Assembly: GCA_051942205.1 (NCBI GenBank)
Contig: JAVECO010000054.1
Span: 62,001 to 123,663, forward strand
DNA length: 61,663 nt
Direction of reading: 5' to 3'
Source of the DNA: Coniocarpon cinnabarinum
Lineage: Eukaryota
A program made the translations under genes and the position numbers. Shown in pieces: positions 48,551 to 58,760 of this stretch. Under the pieces are notes generated by a model. That model was not told the origin of the DNA and did no database searches. It saw only the letters and a program-made list of their open reading frames with translations. Each line of letters opens with the position of its first letter. Position 1 is the first letter of the stretch.

Positions 48551-50290
48551 ATGATTTGCCCCCGCGTAGCAGCTGTACTGGTATTATTTCTCATTGGAGC
48601 GAGCCATGGGGTATACAGAACACCCACTCCTCCAATGGGGTGGAACAGTTACAACTATTATAGTTGCTACCCAAATGAGACTGTGAGTTGTTTGTTTCAC
48701 TCCTCCATGCGAAGTCTCAGGACTGAGTTCGTGCGTAGATCATGCATCACAATGCGCAAGGCCTGGTCGATCTTGGTTTTGCACGTTTAGGCTACGACAT
48801 CGTTACCACCGACTGTGGCTGGCCGTCCCGAGACCGTACGGCCGATGGACAAATTACTTGGGATCCAGCATTGTTTCCCTCCGGGTTTCCAGCACTTGGT
48901 GACTTTGTACATGGCCTTGGGCTAAAATTTGGAATGTATTCGGGTGCAGGAATATGGGAATGCGATGTCGTTGGCGGATCCGACCACCGCCAGGCGTCAC
49001 TAGGTTCGCTCGATTGACAGACTCAACGACTTTCGCGGCTAATCTACCGTAGGCCATGAGCAGCTGGATGCCAGTACATTTGCGTCTTGGGGCATGGACG
49101 CGCTTAAGTATGACAATTGCTGGGCAAGTAATGCAACCTTTGTGAACTACAATCTCAGCGATCCAACACTATCAACACGATTTGCAGACATGTCAAACGC
49201 ATTGGACTCTCTGAATCGATCTGTCATCTACCAAATTTGCGAATGGGGCTCTGGGTATAACTTGGGTACCTGGGCTGCAGCGGAAGGGGATAGCTGGCGC
49301 ATCTCGAATGACATCCAGGATAACTGGAGCTCCATCTGGCGCATTGCCAACGAGGTGATCCCATACGTCAAATACACCGGATTAGGCCGTTATCCTGACA
49401 TGGATATGCTTACCATTGGGCTCAGAGCGCTTAGTGACGCCGAAGAGAAGTTCGAATTCACTCTCTGGGCGATCAATAAATCACCCCTGACCATCGGTGC
49501 ACCCATGGACACTAGCCTCACACCCGCGTCGTCGCTAGATATCTTGTCAAACGAAGATGTCATCGCTATCAACCAAGATGCCTTAGCAGAGCAAGCTGCA
49601 TTGGTGCGACGCTACACCGAAGAGGAGTATGACATCTGGGCGGGCAACCTCAGCGGCTTGCGCAAGGTTGTGGCGGTTACCAACTGGTCCAACGACACCA
49701 ACGTTGTATCTGTCGATCTGGCTTCTATTCTAGGTCTGGCGAACGCTGGAGAGATCAAGGACATCTGGGGTGGGGCTATGGTTGAGCCAGCTTCTTTGCA
49801 AATGAACCTCTCCTTGGTTGGACACGAAGCGCGCTTGTTCGTTCTGTCCGATCTCACGTACAGCCCGCCCCGTGCGCCTGGTGTCTACTATGATGCACGA
49901 GAAGCAACAGTTGCAGGCGCAGCCAACCTCGTGACTTGTGATAGCGCGTGCCAGCCAACCGGTCAAAAAGTACGGGAGATTGTCAATGGATCTTCCGTTT
50001 CTTTCACCAATGTGACAAGTGATTCTCAACAGTCGATGCGGTTGCTGGGAGTTGACGTTACGAACTACGACGTGGCGTTGCCCACGGGTACCAATACCCG
50101 CAACTTGACAATTTCCGTCAATGGTAGGACTGCAAAGCGCTTTGCGTTTCCTATCAGCGGCGGCAATTGGACCGACACGGGACGCCTCAATCTTGTACTA
50201 GATGGCTTCGTTATGGGATCGAATAGTCTCACATTTGGCGCTCAGCAGAGCACGAATGGTCCAGATTTGGTCGGCTTTGAACTCCTGTAG
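48551..50290 (+). CDS. Secreted GH27 alpha-galactosidase with C-terminal CBM35-like domain (AglD-like); 2 introns
   Basis: Signal peptide; TPPMGWNSYN, TTDCGW, FPSG, LKFGMYS, LKYDNC, SWRISNDI, YPDMDML, VIAINQD. Confidence 0.93.
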
Positions 50291-51943
50291 CATAGCAAGT
50301 TGCGACATTGAACGTCAGTCATTCACACCGTTTCTCATGGCCTCATAGGAGCCGTACGCGAGGCTCTCATGGTAGCGAATTAGATAGATTGAGCTCATGC
50401 CTGATGGCACCAAGCAGCGGGTGCTATGGCGTTCATGTTATTTGCGCAATGTGATAAAATGAAAGGCTGCCTTGGAGCAGGATGGCACTGTTTCAGTGAA
50501 GTCGCTGACAAGGTGTCATCTAGCGCTCGCTGCGATGTCCTCGAACGCAAACCACTTCGCAGGAATAGACATTGCTCTCACTGGAACAGGCATAAGCACA
50601 GTCGGAGAGTAGGACGAAAATCTGACGCTGACGACACATCAAAAGCTGCTGAAGAGTATCAGAGTATGCCATACTTTCCACTACAACATATTCGCGATGG
50701 CTCATGTCACCGGCAAAGGAAAAAGTCTACTTGTGTTAGTCCTTCGTCCAACGACGATGCATCCCAAACACCAGTTGTCGCTATTGATGGACTCTGGCTC
50801 TTGCTCTATTCAAACGTCGCCGCGAAGGAGCATAGCTATAGCTCATCAGAACACAAAGGATTCTGTCTTGATCCTGGTCGAGAATATTGTAAAACCCTTA
50901 GGATTTTTATCTTACTATGCTATCCAGCTTTAATAAAGGAGGGTCCTAAGTCGACTTCTCGAGTAAAGATACAGGCACCTAGGAATACAAGCAGAAGTCA
51001 AGCGATTACAACCCGCGAGCTACATCGAATCTGAAAGGCAAATTCCCGCGTGACACGGAACTTCGCGCTATTGAGGTCATGTAAGTTGTATCCTGATCTA
51101 CAGCGTAGTTGATGTACATTTGCACTGACCAGGAACGCAGGTATGCGGGAGCTGAGCATTATAGTGTTGGATTGCAGGATAGTAACGGGGAGATCCACAA
51201 GCTCCGTGTAGATTATATTTCCCAGGCTCTACGCAAAACGGGAAGTTTAGCTCGAAATAAAACACGCGCGGCAGTTTGCAGTCTTGACACTTGCGGAGAG
51301 TGCTTGAGCTCAAGAACCGTCAACACACCCTCTGCATCTCCTCACCCAAGGTCTGTACGGGTACATTGGGAGATGCTCTGTGAGGTACGCTGCCCTTCGT
51401 ATATGACGAGCTTGTAGCCGTGGAAGACTCGCTGCACCAGCAAAGTGAGTTTGTGGCTGTCTAGTAGTGGGTGAACGGTTCACGACTGGGCTTTGCTTAA
51501 GCTTTGCCATATTTATCATGAGTCCGCAAATTCATGCTAGCACCACGACGCGAGATAAACAGTACGTAGTAAGCTGAACAGAGGCACGTGTGCGTCTTCA
51601 GCTCCCAAACGGCTCTCGAGCGCGAATCAAGATGCAATGCCTGCAAAGTATTGTTTCTGCAACGGCGTGGCCCTCTAGATTCAGCCACCTTCAGGCGCCG
51701 GAACACAGCAGTGGCTGTACCTTGTGGTGCAAGGCTGGGGAGAAACAAAGAAGCGAGGGGTGAAAGAGCGAGCTGAGAGTATCGACATGCACAAGCACAA
51801 GCCACTTGAAGCTCATTGATATCTGTTAGCACACGCTGATTGGACGCTGTTGGCGATCTAGGCTCGGAGGGTGATCCGAGGCGATGCACGGACTATCCCT
51901 GATCCTTGTATTATTGCCTTAATACGCCGTGCATCCACGCATA

Positions 51944-52879
51944 TTATCTGCTGCTCCACGTCGCAACGGCAACGAGAGAAAGTAGTAATCCGCACCCTCT
52001 CAAGGCCTTAAGCTTATTAAGCATGGCGCCTGAGCCCGTCGATGTGCTTGTTGGCTGCAGAGTTCCGTTCGCTTGGCTGCCATGGCTTTGCGTGAAGGAG
52101 AATGGAACTATTTTACCTGTCTGATCCGTTGGTGAGATTGGCGTGTAGACTGGGCTCCCAGCAGTTGTCGGACCTTGTGCTGGGGAGGTGACTGGCGGCG
52201 AGGGCACTTGACTTGTCTGAGTCTGCGTTGTGGGGCCTGCGCTCACCGATGACGGCCCTTGCTCGAACACCGATTGCGTTCGCACCTCTGCTGGGTTGCA
52301 GCCAAGGTTGGTGTATCCGAGATAGGGGCCGTCTGCAAACTCGTTGGCGACGCAGTATGGAGATGCTGTAAGAGAACTAGGGGGAGGATTAGTATTTCAC
52401 GGCATCTGCGCGCAAGCTTCGACCTACCACTTCAATACGTAATCATTGTCGAAGACGGCTTGATCAAGTGTGGGAATTTCGGTGAAGTCATAACAATAAG
52501 TCGGATACTGACAACCAGTCAAACGAGTGTAGCCGTTGCTTTGATAGTATTGAGAGCAACATCCGGCGAGGGAATACGTAGAGTCAAAACCACAGTAGTT
52601 TGTGCCGCAGTTCAACGTCGTACCTGTATTGAGTGAGCTATCGCGTGATGATCAGGTAGTAGGAAGGCGTGTTTCTATACTGGCAAGTATATATCCACAA
52701 ATCGAATTTGGAGCGTCTGTGAGCTGACGAGCCCGCAGGTTAGAGGTATCTGTGGGCTGGGGTGTCCAGCCGTGAATGTTCGCATGAGACTTTGACGTGA
52801 ATGCAGCACTTGCGAAGGAGGACCAAGCAATGCACGCGGCATCAGTGATCATACAAAGCTTTTTGAAGGAGGTGGCCAT
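51944..52879 (-). CDS. Secreted cysteine-rich, probably GPI-anchored protein; 2 introns
   Basis: WTPQPT...ICGY, C...CGF...AGCC...C..PT.CYD, C...PYC...GC; S/T/P-rich stalk; hydrophobic C-terminus; first donor (GTATAG) is weak. Confidence 0.7.
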
Positions 52880-53274
52880 GGCCACGCAAGGTCATCGATG
52901 GTGTCAACGGAACGTAGACTTGAGCTGTTTTTTGAGTGTCAAAGACTTCCAGCTCTCGCTTGTGAATGCAAATCATGGAGCAGCCTTGCGCCATGAATAA
53001 GCCAGTCCGTTGCGCCTGCATCTGTATGCGGCAGTGATGCGCCACGCATGTCGCTTGCTGCTGGACGTCCGTGCGGCTGATGCTCTAGAACCCAAACCAT
53101 GCTGCCTTTCCTCTTGCTTTGTAGTCAGCCTCGTTGGCCTGATGAGGCTCAAATACTCAGTCATAAATACACTATCGGCTGCTGTCACTCTTGCACATAA
53201 GCAGACTGCTCCAATTTCATCGTCTCTGCTATCTAGCTATCGCAATAGCCTCTCCCCACCACTCGCATACGCTC

Positions 53275-55036
53275 ATGAATCAAGTGTCAAGCGGGTCAGG
53301 TGGCAAAGACGCACCACCTTGGAAGCCGGGCTACTTCAGACGCTTTCCGCTCCTGGGAATATCCATTCTCTTGAGTGCAGCTGTTGGAATATTTGGCTGC
53401 TTAGCTGTGCTTTCTGCGTCTGACAATCTTCCTGTGGGAACATGGTCGGTGCAGCCTTCAGTATACATTTCAATCATCATCACCATCACCAACCAGTTGA
53501 TACCATGGGCACTCGACGAAGGCGTGATCATTTACTGGTGGAGGAAAGTGCTTCATGACAAATCTAGTGTCGAAGACTTGCATCGTCGATGGCACCAGGG
53601 CGACAGCTTCCGAGCGTCCATCTTCGGGCTCAATCGGCCCACATTCGCCGCTCTCGCTAAGTCATGGGTCACAATTGCTGTGCTGGCGAACGCACCCCTG
53701 ATACAACAGTCGTCGACCGTGAGGTTTCGTACGAGCACCTCGAATGTGAACATTGTCACAGACGCAGCTCCAGTCGTGCCGAATGGGTTCACCGGATTCG
53801 TCAGTGGACGAGGACATGAGCCGGCGCTGCTCTCCCCACGTTTTCAAGAGATAGCGACGCAGTATAACAACGGTTCTGCCATATCTCTCAATCAAACGGG
53901 CTGTCAAGGTACATGTAGAAGCGCCAGACTTAATGCCGTGGGTTTTCAATCGACTTGCAATTCCACCACCTACTCTTTCAACTTGAACCCGGATGGTGTC
54001 GAGACTGCACAAGGCTACCAGGTCGGTCCGGCTACCACTCAAGGTACGAAGGTCTTTGCGACGTCTTTCGATTGGCTTGCGGAATATCCTGGTGTGCTCA
54101 ACATCAGTGTGCAATACAAAAACTCGCCGGCTTGCGATGGAAACTTGCAAATACGCAACTGCTCGCTGACTCTCGCAAACGTTGATTATCCAGTGTCCGT
54201 GGACGGTGAGAAAAATACAGTAGCGTTGGAAGGCGATACTACCATCTTCGACGACTTTGTCCGAAGTATCGTTGATATGGAGGACGCGTTGACTCCTGTG
54301 ACAGGGCCAACCACGCTCGGGGGCTTATATCTTGCCCTCCACAATCAATTCAACTCGGACGCAAATATGCGATTTGCCGGTGCCGTCCAATATGAGTTGC
54401 TTAGCACAGGCGCGCTAGCTAATAGATTCGTGACGCCAGGCAGCATAAATTATGCATCGTCTTGCATGATCACGTTCAGGTATGTGTGCATCCCTCTACG
54501 AAGCTGCACGAAGCCTATTCTGCTTGGTCGAGGCGGTGCTTTGGACCACTGATCGTCATTCTTGTCTCGTGATGCCTATGAGCCAAGCCGCTGACTATCA
54601 CATCTCTAGCGACCCGATGCAGGAGCTTCTTGCTGGTGCAAGAGAGATGATCTTTCGTACAGCCATGGCAGCGGCAAACGGCACCAATGTGCAAACTATG
54701 ACCGCAAACCAGACATTGCAGCAGACGGTGTATCACTCCGACTACCGGTACTTTGCAGGAGCGGCGGCGGTCTCGCTTATGGCCATACTGATTGTGCTTG
54801 GAACATTCAATGGATTTTGGATGATTGGTCGACAAGTGTCTATGAGTCCGGTGGAGATTGCAAAAGCCTTCGGGGCGCCGATCTTTGCAGACCTCAACTC
54901 GAATCTGACAGCGTCGCAAATCGCAAAAGCAGCGCGGGGTCAAGATTTGAAGTATGGTGCATCGCCGCTGCAGAAGCTTGAGATGGGTCCCTCCTCCGTA
55001 ATGCAGGAGCCGACTGGCGGGAGACACTTTAACTAG
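53275..55036 (+). CDS. Fungal membrane protein of unknown function (DUF3176-like); 1 intron ~54480-54609
   Basis: W.VQPSVYISI, EGV.I.WWRK, APLIQQSS, C.GTC, F|SDPM..LL..AREMIFRTA, GFW.IGR.VSMSP.EIAKAFGAP. Confidence 0.8.
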
Positions 55037-55326
55037 TGCCTGAGCATGTGCCTTGGAAGATACGTGTACCCCGTGATATGATTATTTCAGTTTTTCTATT
55101 TGATTCCCTGTCAGCAGGGCGCTGTGCCAGCTGGCATGTGCGATCTCTGTCCAAAATGCGAAATGTTGAATGTCGAGCGCAGTTCGAAGTGCGAGCCGCT
55201 CTCTTCCAGCCCCACCAAAGCCTGCCGACAAGTGTCATTACTTACGTCACAATGAAGGCGAAGAGCCCGTTTCACGAGGACAACATGGGTCACAAAATTA
55301 TAGCTTAACAGCAAAAACCCTTTAGA

Positions 55327-56806
55327 ATGCCATTTCATCGTCCGGCGAGTACTCATCAAGCCTGTCTCATCACGTGACTTTCACTCAACACGCCCCCTTG
55401 GCCTGGGCGCTGTGGCGCTTCGCAAATAGGACTTTGTTTGCTTGCAGGTCAGTTTTCCGTACGAATGGCAAGGACCTTGCGTCGTTGTATGGACGGGAAT
55501 GGCACGGCTGGTTGCTCGGTACGCTGGATCATCTGTGTCTCGCGAATACGACTTTTTTTGGCTTTTCGAGCTTGCAGTTGCAGCACATCGATTGGTACTA
55601 CCTGTCCTCCCAAAAAGCTTCGTAAACCGATCTTGTCTTGCCTGAAGGATGTAACACGTGTAGATCTGCGCTTCGCTGACTCAGTGCTCTGAACGCGGTG
55701 ACACATGGCGCCCCGAAGCAAGTAGCTAGCCACCGTGGCCTCATCGAGGAGTTCCTGCAGATGAGGCTCTTTGTATTTAAAGCGTGAGCTCCATAAGGCC
55801 TCCATTGGCTCTCATAAACACGCATTGACACGAACATGTCTGCTAAGTGGTGCTTCAGGCTCAGTGATAAGATTTCCGAATGCCAACTGTTGTGCGATCG
55901 CGATGTTGTTATGCAACATCTCAGAGGTTCAAATTCTTCACTTCCAGAAGACGCGTACAGTATGGGTACAAGCTTTTCCCCTAATTTGCTGGCTGACACA
56001 TGGTGTACAGACTTTTGGGATAGGAGTGACGCAATCAAGGGTCGCAAGCAGACGGGAGAAGTCGAAGCCGAAGATCCTTTGCAAACCATCACGCTCCAGC
56101 GAGACTCTCAAGGGAAGCCTCTACGAGCCATTGTTACGTTGAATTCACAGCCAAACACCACTCACTCGCTGGGCCCTCGATTACGAACCCCAACTCTGTA
56201 CCCACGCAACGAGTCTACATTTTTCATAGCGCACGCATCTGGAGATCAGTCACTGAAATTATCGAGTTGGAAGTGGACCATAACATCTGAGAAGCTCGTT
56301 GAAGATCAAAAAAATACCAGATACATCCATGTCAACGAACTCCGTGCAAAAAACGCCCCTTTGACTTTTATGGAGAACGTCGAAGAAGGTATCAAATGGT
56401 GGAATCTTGCACACGACAATACTGCGTGGAATATGGAAAAGCCGACGGTGAGTTCCAGCTACGACATATTCATGAAGCCTTTAATAATCTCGAATATCAG
56501 GTAAGGTGTGGACTGCTTGCTTTACACATAGCTGAGTGTGCCGTGCGTCAGCTACCACAAACCGAGACAAAGAAGCGCTCACTGCGACAGTACGTACGCG
56601 ATGAAACCGACAAGCTTTTCGGGATGCACCAACGCGAAGCTACAGATCAAGAACATGACCAAATCTTTCAAAAGCTTAAGCGATACATGAGCGACAATGA
56701 AAAAAGACGGTTTGAACGTGAGGTAGACATTAAACACGAGGATTTCAAGCCCATTGAGAAGAAACGTGTAAAGTTTACTAGAGAGGCTCTACAGCGCATT
56801 TTATAA
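55327..56806 (+). CDS. Orphan multi-exon hypothetical protein adjoining the RIP block
   Basis: Phase-compatible introns 55622-55684, 55784-55858 and 56448-56500/56551 join ORF fragments into one frame; first exon and start uncertain; no recognised family. Confidence 0.55.
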
Positions 56807-56864
56807 AGACTGACAATGGTTGGTCCGTACACTGCTGCACACACACACACATCTCCTAAGGTTG

Positions 56865-56912
56865 ACGTCGTCGCTAACGTCGCCGCTAACGTCGCCGCTA
56901 ACGACGGCGCTT
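56865..56912. repeat. Four tandem copies of a 12-bp unit (ACGTCGCCGCTA)
   Basis: acgtcgtcgcta acgtcgccgcta acgtcgccgcta acgacggcgctt, just after a short (CA)n run. Confidence 0.85.
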
Positions 56913-56989
56913 CACAACTACAAGTGGGTATAAATTTGGTGCGACTGTATGCTGTTTTTTTGTATAATTGTGGACGTGTTTTGTACCTC

Positions 56990-58025
56990 TAAAAAGGTCA
57001 AAAGAAGACTATTTAAGAGCACTTAAGCGGTTATATTCTTACTACTTAAGAAGCCTATATAGGCTATTATAGTAGGTATAAGAGCTCTATATAGAGGTTA
57101 CTATTATGTTACGCTATGCCTAATATAGAATAAGAGGTTATATAATTACGCGTACTTATACGCTAATATATAAAGACTCTAAAGAAGAAAGACGTATCTT
57201 AATATATTTACCTTTTAGACCTCTTATATATATTATATACTACTCTTAAATGCTCTAGAACCTTTAAAGGTAAATCTTACCTAGACTCTTTAAAGCCTTT
57301 AAACCTATAATATATTTATTTATATCTTAGTCTATATAGTTAGATAAAGAACCTACTTTTTTTAAGTTTAATATTATTTAAATTTAAAATTAACTTAATA
57401 TATAAGTTATAAACTATTAAACTAATTATTTATTAATTTATAGTATATCTTACTTTCTTAGATAGTACTATTACTATTAAATAAAGTAACCTTTACTATA
57501 GTAGTATACTAGTTACTCTCTTCTATTAGCTTTTTACCTACCTTATTCCTTTATATTATTCTCTATTATATTCTTCTATAGCAAAGGTTCTTATTCCTAG
57601 GACCGCCCTAGTTCTTCTTGGCTACTATAAGAATAGGGTCCTCTATAAGAGCGTTACAGGTACTTATTAAAATAGATAGAATTAGATAGTAAAAAGTAAG
57701 AAACTATTTACTATAAAGAGTTTTAGTAGGTTGTTTATTAGCTATATACTAATTATTTAATCTAAAAAAGGTATATATTATATATATAAGGATTAATAAT
57801 ATACTAGAACTAGTAGTAACCTGTCTACTACTAAATATTAGCTCTTAGTAGACTATCTAATATACTAATATAAATATAGAGTATTAAATACTATTTATAG
57901 TACTTATTATACTAAGTATAAAACTATTTAAGGTTTTTTTATATTTTTCTTTATATATCTTTTTAATAATATAATACCTTCTTATTATACTTCTCTTAAA
58001 AAAATATAGTAGTCTAATAGCCTAT
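56990..58025. mobile_element. RIP-degenerated repeat of undetermined class
   Basis: Abrupt switch to very AT-rich sequence, TpA excess, near absence of CpA/TpG, no ORFs. Confidence 0.6.
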
Positions 58026-58521
58026 TGTTACGGCGCTAACACAAGTCTGGCTAGGACGCCTTTACAAGCTTTTATTATAGAAAGGGCCTATACGCCGTAA
58101 TATTAGAATAGGATAGAGAGAAGGCCCTACGCCTCTAAGGCCTAGAGCCTTAATAAACTAACTAGAAGGCTATATAAGTAAAAGGCTCTATTAGCTATAC
58201 TTATTTATATAAAATATAATTATCTATATAGCTAGACTAGTAGACTACCTAATAGAATAGTAGTCTACTAACTTATATTATAGTTTAAATATACTTTATT
58301 TATACTAAGTTATAAGCTTTATATATTACTAAAACCTCTTATTCTTAATCTAAATAAGACTTAAGAGTAAGTCCTTTAGCTTTAGAACCTTTAGCTCTCT
58401 TTTTAACTATATTATAATAGAAAGCTACTAAGAGATTACCTTAACCCTATAAGAATTTAGATCTGGATGCAAGGGATTACGTAATACGATAGGGTATACA
58501 ACCCTAAGGGCTTAGCACACA
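58026..58521 (+). repeat. Putative 5' LTR of the gypsy element
   Basis: Begins TGTTAC, ends ...GCACA(CA) ~495 bp later, upstream of the gag-pol relic; second LTR is outside the window so the ends are not confirmed. Confidence 0.55.
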
Positions 58522-58686
58522 ATTATTTAAGATAGACTTATTACAGAGAAGCTTCCTTCTTCTTTATGTAACGTTCTTTATAGTTAGGCTGTCCTTAGGT
58601 AGTAATAAGAGCTTCTAGGTTATAATTCTTATATTATATTGTATCTACCCTTCTACTGCTCTAAGTAAGCGTAAACTGCTTAACTT

Positions 58687-58760
58687 CTAGTCTAGTCTAG
58701 CTTCTAGTCTAGTCTAGCTCCTAGTCTAGTTTAGTCTCTAGTCTAGTCTAGTCTCTAGTT
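58687..58760 (+). repeat. About four tandem 17-bp units (CTAGTCTAGTCTAGYYY) in the retroelement leader
   Basis: Directly visible; probably a RIP-converted (CCAGT)n array. Confidence 0.75.

Noticed and set aside
50426..51034. 202-aa plus-strand ORF
   Set aside because: No recognisable domain and atypical composition; treated as spurious
2578..55027. Many long antisense or alternate-frame ORFs overlapping real genes (e.g. 3197-3817, 19043-19867, 29042-29935)
   Set aside because: Shadow ORFs expected from codon bias of the real CDS
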